Assembly (NCBI GenBank): GCA_001695645.1
Contig: LVZN01000007.1
Span: 1 to 32,000, forward strand
Direction: 5' to 3'
DNA from: Erysipelotrichaceae bacterium MTC7
GTDB lineage: Bacteria > Bacillota_I > Bacilli_A > Erysipelotrichales > Erysipelotrichaceae
DNA: 32,000 nt
A program made the translations under genes and the position numbers. Of the stretch, positions 9,476 through 15,586 are shown one piece after another (within the stretch, counting starts at the first letter, position 1; the number at the start of each line of letters is the position of its first letter). Below the pieces are notes generated by a model. It worked only from the letters and a program-made list of their open reading frames with translations. It searched no databases and was not told the origin of the DNA.

Positions 9476-10045
9476 TTATTTGCCAATGACAAATAAACCC
9501 TTACTTATAATGTCACTACGTTTTACTGCTCCAAACATTCTTGAATCTCGTGAAACTCTGCGGTTATCACCACAAAGGAAATACTCATCTTCACCTAAAA
9601 CCAGTGGTCCAAAGTCACTGGTAAATTTTTCGATTCCATGGTTGGTTTGTTTACTTTTATAACGTTCATCGAGAAAGTATTCATCGACGACTTCTCCGTT
9701 TATATACAACATGTCATCACGGTATTGAATGGTTTCACCAGGCAAACCGATGATGCGTTTGGTAAGACTCTTTTGTTCCTCATGATCGTACGTTGTAACG
9801 ATATCGAAACGTTCTATGTGCCCAAGATAGCGACTTAAAATACCCGTCAAGCCCATTTCTCCATTTTCTAAGGTTGGATACATACTCGATCCTTCCACAT
9901 AGACAATACGCACAATGCAGGTTAAACAAACATACAAGGCCAAGGTCAATGAAAACACCAGACGCAACAATTTCAACATCTCGAGTTTCCATTTGCTTCT
10001 TTTTATGTCTTTTCGCAATTCCATTTGTCTATTTGATGGACGCAT
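9476..10045 (-). CDS. Type I signal peptidase (S26 family) with an intact Ser/Lys dyad.
   Basis: Conserved boxes are GSSMYPTL (Ser), KRIIGLPGE (Lys) and GDNRRVSRDSR. There is an N-terminal TM segment. The likely start is ATG at 10045 (MRPSNRQ...), with GAAGGTGGTGA upstream; the track start at 10096 is an extension. Confidence 0.9.
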   Translation of the reverse strand: MRPSNRQMELRKDIKRSKWKLEMLKLLRLVFSLTLALYVCLTCIVRIVYVEGSSMYPTLENGEMGLTGILSRYLGHIERFDIVTTYDHEEQKSLTKRIIGLPGETIQYRDDMLYINGEVVDEYFLDERYKSKQTNHGIEKFTSDFGPLVLGEDEYFLCGDNRRVSRDSRMFGAVKRSDIISKGLFVIGK

Positions 10046-10058
10046 ATATTCACCACCT

Positions 10059-10979
10059 TCACACACTGTAATGTTTCCTTCGCTTTCTATACACATAGAT
10101 TCCTGTAACGCCTAAAACGATGGCAAAAATGTGCCACGTTTTTTTACTACCCGTTGGAATGTTTTGTTTGTTTATGTCTTGATCATCAATTACATCTAGT
10201 TGAAGTTGGAAACAGAGCACACCGTTAGACATTGCTTTGTAGGCTCCTGCATCTTCTTTATGATTGATTTCTAGTTGTAAGACTGGTCCACTAGCTATAT
10301 GCGTACGTTGACCAGTGGCATCTTGGTATTCCCAAGTGATTGATTGATCATATGGCAATGTTTCTGTTTGTTTTGTTGGTACTTGTTGCCAAGTTCCATT
10401 TTTGTATTGATAGGTTTCATTTCGACTATAGGAGAGTGCGATTTCGATATGATCACCTATCTTTTTTTGCTGGTATAACATACCTTGTTGTAAGTTGCTT
10501 TCGTCGATTCTTGTCTGATTCAAAAGAATTTGAAGACAATTCCCCTCTTCCATGACGATTTGTTTTACATCCTTACCCAAAACGCTTGCATCAAGTTGTT
10601 TAACATACCATGCGGAGCGTTTTGCTGGAACTTGCATTTTTGCGAATTGTTGGCTTCCAGTAAAGATATCATTTCCCACAAATGTTACATCCTCCTGTAT
10701 CCACAATTCTTGTAGTTCGTTGTTTTGTTTAAATGCTTGTTCAGCAATTGCGCTTACTTTTTTTCCCTTATATGTTGCAGGTATTTTTACAACGGCTTCT
10801 TTGCCTACATAACGTGTGATTTGCACACTTCCATCTGCCAAATCTTGATAATAAAAGGTTTGATCTTGGTGGATGTTTCCAGTTGGCATATGACTGTTAA
10901 TCACTGTGCTTAGGACACAGACACATAGACAACTTAAGCAAAAAAGTTCTTTTAAAAATATCCTTCTCAGTTTATGCAT
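10059..10979 (-). CDS. BspA-type LRR (LRR_5-like) surface protein with a C-terminal TM anchor.
   Basis: Hydrophobic N-terminus. The sequence VKIPATYKGKKVSAIAEQAFKQNNELQELWIQEDVTFVGNDIF is typical of BspA-like repeats. The C-terminus is WHIFAIVLGVTGIYVYRKRRK. The ATG lies 2 nt after the stop of the upstream gene. Confidence 0.7.
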   Translation of the reverse strand: MHKLRRIFLKELFCLSCLCVCVLSTVINSHMPTGNIHQDQTFYYQDLADGSVQITRYVGKEAVVKIPATYKGKKVSAIAEQAFKQNNELQELWIQEDVTFVGNDIFTGSQQFAKMQVPAKRSAWYVKQLDASVLGKDVKQIVMEEGNCLQILLNQTRIDESNLQQGMLYQQKKIGDHIEIALSYSRNETYQYKNGTWQQVPTKQTETLPYDQSITWEYQDATGQRTHIASGPVLQLEINHKEDAGAYKAMSNGVLCFQLQLDVIDDQDINKQNIPTGSKKTWHIFAIVLGVTGIYVYRKRRKHYSV

Positions 10980-10981
10980 TT

Positions 10982-12148
10982 TTATGAATTGTTTTCTTCA
11001 CTTTGTGCTTTTAGATTTTCACCGATGTTCATCTTACCAGCGATCTTCGCACCTTTTTCAATATCAATGAATTTCGCATGGATATCGCCAAGAATCATCG
11101 CCGTACGTGAGAATGAAATCTCACTATCCGCAGTTACATTCCCTTCAATAGAACCGTGAATATCCATTGAGTTTGCTTGCATGTTCCCTTTTACGAACGT
11201 TTCACTGCCGACGTATAAGTCTTGTTCCACGTTTACGTTTCCTGCAATTTTTCCATTTTCTAAACGTAGTGATGCAGCACTAACATCACCTGTAATTAAT
11301 GCATCCTCTGCGATTTCGACGCGTTCCTTACAAATTAAGTTTCCACGAATTTCCCCTTTTACCAATAATGGTGTTGTGACCGTAACATTTCCATCAATCA
11401 CAATCCCTTTGGCAAATACTGAACTTTCTGTTGGCATAGCTGGAATGATTGGTTCCACTGGTGTTTCGTGTACTTCATTTCCTTCTAAGTATTCATCCAC
11501 GCGTTCTTTAAATTTCTCTTTGTATTTCTCGTCGTTAAATTTCATCATGTCTTGTTTTTCCTCAACTTCCGTTTGTTCTTGTTTAACTGTAGCAATCGTT
11601 TGTTTTTCTACACGATCATGTTCCTGTATATCCATGACTTTTACTGCAGTTGGTTGTTTATGTCGCATGGCTACACTTGGCGTGTATGCATTTGCTTGCA
11701 ACAACACTTGTTCCATATCGTTTTGTAAACCATAAATCTTTTCGCCTTCATTTTCGATAAACTCATTGATATATGACAACATTGCATTTGCTTCGTTTAA
11801 GTCATAATCATCAATAGGACGATCGTAAAGCGAAGCCAACATGGTATTGCAACCATCCAACGTTCTTGATAACTCCCTGTAACGAGTATCCAGTTGTTTG
11901 CTTTGCGCTAAGGCTAAGCTATCTTTATCAGTTGCAACCACTTGTTCCAAGTGCTTCCAATGTTTTGAGTCCAGCACATTTGCCAACTCCTCATAGGCAC
12001 TTTTTGACAACGCAAGTTCTTTTATATATTTTGACTTGAGTAATCGTCGTACCAATAAGGTCACAATAAACGTGAGTCCCAATAAAACTAGAAACGTAAC
12101 GATAAAAGGAATGGAAAATATTCCCACTGCTAGAATCAGATATTCCAT
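10982..12148 (-). CDS. Membrane-anchored bactofilin-domain protein: N-terminal TM, helical linker, C-terminal DUF583/bactofilin domain.
   Basis: ATG at 12148 (MEYLILAVG...) is preceded by AAGAAAGGAGAAACT. A ~30-residue hydrophobic stretch is followed by RRLLKSKYIK. The C-terminal ~125 aa, GIVIDGNVTV..VKGEIRGNLIC..ITGDVSA..IAGNVNV..VKGNMQA..IEGNVTA..ILGDIHA..IAGKMNIG, is the bactofilin beta-helix repeat pattern. Confidence 0.8.
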   Translation of the reverse strand: MEYLILAVGIFSIPFIVTFLVLLGLTFIVTLLVRRLLKSKYIKELALSKSAYEELANVLDSKHWKHLEQVVATDKDSLALAQSKQLDTRYRELSRTLDGCNTMLASLYDRPIDDYDLNEANAMLSYINEFIENEGEKIYGLQNDMEQVLLQANAYTPSVAMRHKQPTAVKVMDIQEHDRVEKQTIATVKQEQTEVEEKQDMMKFNDEKYKEKFKERVDEYLEGNEVHETPVEPIIPAMPTESSVFAKGIVIDGNVTVTTPLLVKGEIRGNLICKERVEIAEDALITGDVSAASLRLENGKIAGNVNVEQDLYVGSETFVKGNMQANSMDIHGSIEGNVTADSEISFSRTAMILGDIHAKFIDIEKGAKIAGKMNIGENLKAQSEENNS

Positions 12149-12183
12149 AGTTTCTCCTTTCTTCTTCGCACAATAATAAGTTA

Positions 12184-12210
12184 GTCGCACAAAACGACTT
12201 TTAGGTTCAC
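12184..12210 (-). promoter_or_regulatory. Candidate ECF-type promoter for the seven-gene operon: GTGAAC C-N16-CGAC.
   Basis: The minus strand reads AAAAAGTGAACCTAAAAGTCGTTTTGTGCGACTAAC. GAAC is at 12205-12208 and CGAC at 12184-12187, with a 17-nt spacer. The element lies ~36 nt upstream of the ATG at 12148. It matches the AAC-N16/17-CGT/CGAC architecture of group 4 sigma promoters. Confidence 0.4.
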
Positions 12211-12337
12211 TTTTTTGATAAAAAAATAAACTTTTAAAGATTTCCTTTTTAACCGTATTTGATAAATCATGTAAGCTTCAGTAGAAAAAAGAAACATTTA
12301 AAAATTTTTGAACTTGCAAATCTTTGTTTTATAAAAT

Positions 12338-12398
12338 GAAAGGACTTCGTGGAAGGAGTAACTATAAGTCATTGCTTATGTATTTGTGAAGTCCTTTC
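12338..12398. other. Perfect 11-bp inverted repeat (GAAAGGACTTC / GAAGTCCTTTC) with a 39-nt loop, in the long region upstream of the operon.
   Basis: The arms are at 12338-12348 and 12388-12398. An inner 5-bp ATAAG/CTTAT pairing is also possible. On the minus strand the repeat is followed by ATTTTAT. Confidence 0.5.
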
Positions 12399-12623
12399 CT
12401 AGATTGTTTGTTTCCATTTATTTGCATCTTATGTAAACAAGGTACACAACACTCGGATTGTAGATTATGGATATTGGTTTTAATGACAATCCGGAATGTT
12501 ATGTAAATCAATCCAAACAAATGAATGACCATGCACAGCCTTGTGTGCGCCCCTTTATACCTCCTATCGCTTCACAATCACTGGTCCTGTGATTTGTAAA
12601 AAAACCTTATCAAACAAAAAAAA

Positions 12624-12695
12624 CTTTGTCTTCTATTGTAAAAACTTTTTTTATTTCAAGTACTTTTATGACATATATCCGTCTTTCTGTGACAT
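12624..12695. promoter_or_regulatory. Conserved ~72-nt intergenic element, copy A. It contains the palindrome AAGTACTT and two direct repeats CTTTyrTGACAT spaced 21 bp apart.
   Basis: It aligns with 15437-15507. TTTCAAGTACTTTTATGACATATATCCGTCTTTCTGTGACAT here matches TTTCAAGTACTTTCATGACATAAATTCGACTTTCTATGACAT there, and flanking CTTGTCT..AAAACTT is also shared. Confidence 0.6.
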
Positions 12696-12790
12696 GCTTA
12701 TTTTCTATACATAGATTAGACTTAATATAGAAATATTTATCATAAAGGAATTCCATTGCGATAAAGTCATAAATTGTCTATGATATAGGT

Positions 12791-13678
12791 ATGAAGAAAA
12801 TACTATTTGTGTACAACCCAGTTGCAGGTAAGGGAATGATCAAAAACAAACTAAGCAAGATCATCGAAGCTTTCTCAGCAAACGATCATGCGCTAGTTAC
12901 CTATGCCACAAAAGCAGAAAACGATGCTTATGATCACATCGTTCAATATGGATCGAACTTTGATCAAATCATATGTAGTGGTGGCGATGGAACCCTAAAT
13001 GAAGTGATCAATGCATGTATGAAAATTGACTATAAGCAAAACCTTGGTTACATTCCAACCGGAACGGTGAATGATTTCTCTAAGTCGATTCAAATGGAAA
13101 CAGATTTAGACAAACTTTTAGACAATTTCAATAGTGAAACAAAAATCCAAACCATTGATGTTGGTAAGTTGGATCAACGCTACTTTGTCTACGTCGCTGC
13201 GTTTGGTAGCATCAGCGAAGTGAGTTACTCCACCCCACAAAACACCAAGAATACAATTGGTAAAGTTGCCTATGTCCTTGAGGGAATCAAGAAAGTCACA
13301 CGCCAAGATAAAATCCATATGCGTATAGCATACGACGATGGTGTGATCGAAGATGATTTTTGCCTTGGTTTAATTACGAATTCCCTATTTGTTGGTGGTA
13401 TCAACTTTTTTAGTGAAGATGAAGTGTCTTTGGATGATGGTTATTTTGAATGCATCTTCATCAAATATCCAAAAGGACCTATCACTTTAAACCAAACCCT
13501 TTTTGATATTACGACGCGCAACTTTGAGCATACTGATAAGATGTACGCATTCAAAACAAAAAAGCTGCACATCACAAGCCGAAAGAAAGTCAAATGGACT
13601 GTTGATGGTGAATATGGTGGCACCTATAAAGATGTTGAAGTCACCAACTATCAAAAGGCTATGACGATTCTAAAATAA
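12791..13678 (+). CDS. Diacylglycerol-kinase-family lipid kinase (DagK/YegS/BmrU-like).
   Basis: 295-aa ORF with the motifs NPVAGKG, the GGDGTLNEV catalytic loop and IPTGTVNDF. It is the only plus-strand gene in the window. Confidence 0.85.
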   Translation: MKKILFVYNPVAGKGMIKNKLSKIIEAFSANDHALVTYATKAENDAYDHIVQYGSNFDQIICSGGDGTLNEVINACMKIDYKQNLGYIPTGTVNDFSKSIQMETDLDKLLDNFNSETKIQTIDVGKLDQRYFVYVAAFGSISEVSYSTPQNTKNTIGKVAYVLEGIKKVTRQDKIHMRIAYDDGVIEDDFCLGLITNSLFVGGINFFSEDEVSLDDGYFECIFIKYPKGPITLNQTLFDITTRNFEHTDKMYAFKTKKLHITSRKKVKWTVDGEYGGTYKDVEVTNYQKAMTILK

Positions 13679-13693
13679 CCTATAACATAAACG

Positions 13694-13720
13694 GAGCACC
13701 CGCATTACTAGCGAGTGCTC
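13694..13720. terminator. Bidirectional rho-independent terminator between convergent genes.
   Basis: GAGCACCCGC-ATTACTA-GCGAGTGCTC forms a 10-bp stem with one mismatch. It is followed by TTTCTTATTTC on the plus strand. Confidence 0.7.
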
Positions 13721-13738
13721 TTTCTTATTTCTACTAAA

Positions 13739-15229
13739 CTATTGATGTTTTTTCTTTTTTGCTAGAACTGTCGTTGCTCCTGCAAGTAAAATAAACATGC
13801 CAAATACACTTGTTGTATCACCCGTTGCTGGTCCATTGTTGTTTTCTGGAGCTACAGCTGGTTCTTCTTTTGGCACTGGATTTGGATCCACAATTGGATC
13901 TGGTTCCGGTTTTGTTTCTGGTTCCGGTTTTGGTTCTGGTTCTGGTTGTGGGTCTGGTTTTGTGATATCCTCTTTTACAGTCAACTCACTCATAACGTAC
14001 ATATGTGTATTTCTGAGTTGTTCTTCACCAGGATACGCTGCATCAAATTCACTTGGTGCATGTGAGTTATCAAAACACAGACTATCCGTTTCCGCAAAAG
14101 GTTCCACGAGTTTGTAGTAATAGTTTAAAGGCGGAAGTTCTTGTGCTTTCGAAACAAAGTTTGAACCTTCTATCGTCCACTTGCTATCTTCTGGCAATAA
14201 CACGTTATCCATGTTGATTCCTTCCGTGCTGACCACGTAACCTTCACTTGTTTTTTGCGCAACGTATGCAACTTTATTCGCTTTCACATTGATGGGTTCA
14301 ACCCCTTCAAACTCGCTATCAACAAACAGATAATCCATCAGTGGATAGGCATACACTGCTCCACTATAGTCGTGATAATCAACACGTCCACTTACCAAAT
14401 CAGGTAGATTCAAATACTTGAACTGATTGCCACCAATAAGCAACCATTCCAAATGCACGGCATGTGCCAATAAATTTACATCACTTATGTTTGTGTTGAT
14501 CAAATCCAAAGTATATAAACGCTCCGGACGGAAATTCAATGTTGCAAGTGGCATATCCGCTAAGATGATTTCCTCTGCATTTACACGTCCGTGAATGGTT
14601 GTCAGATTTGGTACACCCATCATAAGAAAGCGAACCAATGGTTGATCATGCTTGATATACAGTGATGTGATGGATGAATTCACATTGATGAAATCTTTCA
14701 TCATAGGTACACCAGAAACGTCAAGTGTATCCGTCTTTACACCATTCATCAACAATGTGATTTTATTTCCTGTATTTTCACCTGTTACAACCTTACTTAC
14801 ATTGGGCGAGTTAATCACCGTTACTTCTAAATCTAAGGATATGTAATATGGCTGATTGTTTGCATCCAAACCAAAAGTTGTTGCTGAACTATGTAAGCCA
14901 GTTAGATCTAATGTTTCATGTTTATATCCATTGATTTTAAGAAACTCCACATCTGTGAAATATTCAATCCCCGAAAAGTCTTGAATGTCGTATTCGTTAC
15001 AATCGAAATAAATCTCTGGATTTTTTACCATTTCGTTTAACTCATCCCCTGTACTGTAATGGTTCAGCACCAGTCTTCGAAACTCTTCATCAGGAAACGT
15101 GGTTGCATTTACTTTCACGGTTCCATAATAGGGTTGCACTTCTGTTTTTAAATTTGTTAGGTTAGGCTGTGGTAGCACAACACCACCCATGATGGATAGC
15201 ATAATACATGCTGTTGTTAGTAATTTCAT
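13739..15229 (-). CDS. LRR surface protein with a PEPEPK-type proline-rich stalk and an xPxTG-like (GPATG) C-terminal sorting signal.
   Basis: RBS GAGGAG and an N-terminal signal peptide. LRR-like units are visible (LDLINTNISDVNLLAHAVHLEWLLIGGNQFKYLNL). The stalk reads PDPQPEPEPKPEPETKPEPDP. The C-terminus is NNGPATGD followed by a hydrophobic stretch and KKKKHQ. Confidence 0.8.
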   Translation of the reverse strand: MKLLTTACIMLSIMGGVVLPQPNLTNLKTEVQPYYGTVKVNATTFPDEEFRRLVLNHYSTGDELNEMVKNPEIYFDCNEYDIQDFSGIEYFTDVEFLKINGYKHETLDLTGLHSSATTFGLDANNQPYYISLDLEVTVINSPNVSKVVTGENTGNKITLLMNGVKTDTLDVSGVPMMKDFINVNSSITSLYIKHDQPLVRFLMMGVPNLTTIHGRVNAEEIILADMPLATLNFRPERLYTLDLINTNISDVNLLAHAVHLEWLLIGGNQFKYLNLPDLVSGRVDYHDYSGAVYAYPLMDYLFVDSEFEGVEPINVKANKVAYVAQKTSEGYVVSTEGINMDNVLLPEDSKWTIEGSNFVSKAQELPPLNYYYKLVEPFAETDSLCFDNSHAPSEFDAAYPGEEQLRNTHMYVMSELTVKEDITKPDPQPEPEPKPEPETKPEPDPIVDPNPVPKEEPAVAPENNNGPATGDTTSVFGMFILLAGATTVLAKKKKHQ

Positions 15230-15436
15230 AATTTCTTATCTCCTCTTCATTTACAAATATCTACTAATTTCCCTTACAATAATGGTCTTTCGATTTTGTT
15301 AGTCACACACGTATAAACATACACCTCCCTGTCAGCTTACGATAACTGATGATCGTACTTCAAAGTATGATGTATATTTTCTAGTTTATTTGACACCACA
15401 CACTTTGATAATATGACATTAGCAAATATGTTTTTT

Positions 15437-15507
15437 CTTGTCTCGAGTAATGAAAACTTATTATTTTTCAAGTACTTTCATGACATAAATTCGACTTTCT
15501 ATGACAT
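15437..15507. promoter_or_regulatory. Conserved ~72-nt intergenic element, copy B, in the same orientation as copy A.
   Basis: See 12624-12695. ATGACAT at 15480 and at 15501 are exactly 21 bp apart. The palindrome AAGTACTT is at 15470-15477. The element lies 208-278 nt upstream of the ATG at 15229. Confidence 0.6.
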
Positions 15508-15560
15508 TTTGATAGAATATATATAATTTATGGATAAAACAATTCGAAATTTAAACAAAA

Positions 15561-15586
15561 AAGATCACAAATTTTACTGTGATCTT
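15561..15586 (-). terminator. Rho-independent terminator of the DUF2971 gene.
   Basis: The minus strand reads AAGATCACA-GTAAAATT-TGTGATCTT followed by TTTTGTTT. The 9-bp perfect stem overlaps the TAA stop. Confidence 0.75.

Noticed and set aside
10146-10160. IPTGS near the C-terminus of the BspA-like protein as a sortase motif.
   Set aside because: It does not fit xPxTG, because Pro and Thr are adjacent. The protein is more simply tail-anchored by its TM helix.
11181-11735. 184-aa plus-strand ORF antisense to the bactofilin gene.
   Set aside because: There is no RBS before its ATG, and the composition is S/T/F/C-rich and low in complexity. The opposite strand carries clear bactofilin repeats.
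12362-12532. 56-codon minus-strand ORF (MVIHLFGLIYITFRIVIKTN..CCVPC..) in the long intergenic region.
   Set aside because: It has only a weak AAGG 6 nt upstream, and the strong AGGAGGT nearby is 26 nt away. I cannot test conservation. It is kept only as a note inside the spacer finding, not called as a gene.
13797-14117. 106-aa plus-strand ORF with GSGFGSGSG repeats, and the underlying GGTTCTGGT DNA periodicity.
   Set aside because: It is the antisense of the PEPEPKPEPE proline-rich stalk of the LRR protein. The short periodic DNA is a coding low-complexity linker, not a CRISPR array or a regulatory repeat.
12624-15507. The two 72-nt direct repeats as boundaries of an inserted or mobile 2.9-kb segment (lipid kinase plus LRR protein).
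   Set aside because: There is no integrase or transposase, no target-site duplication pattern and no tRNA. The enclosed lipid kinase looks like a housekeeping gene. The internal 21-bp phasing argues for a protein-binding or regulatory element instead.
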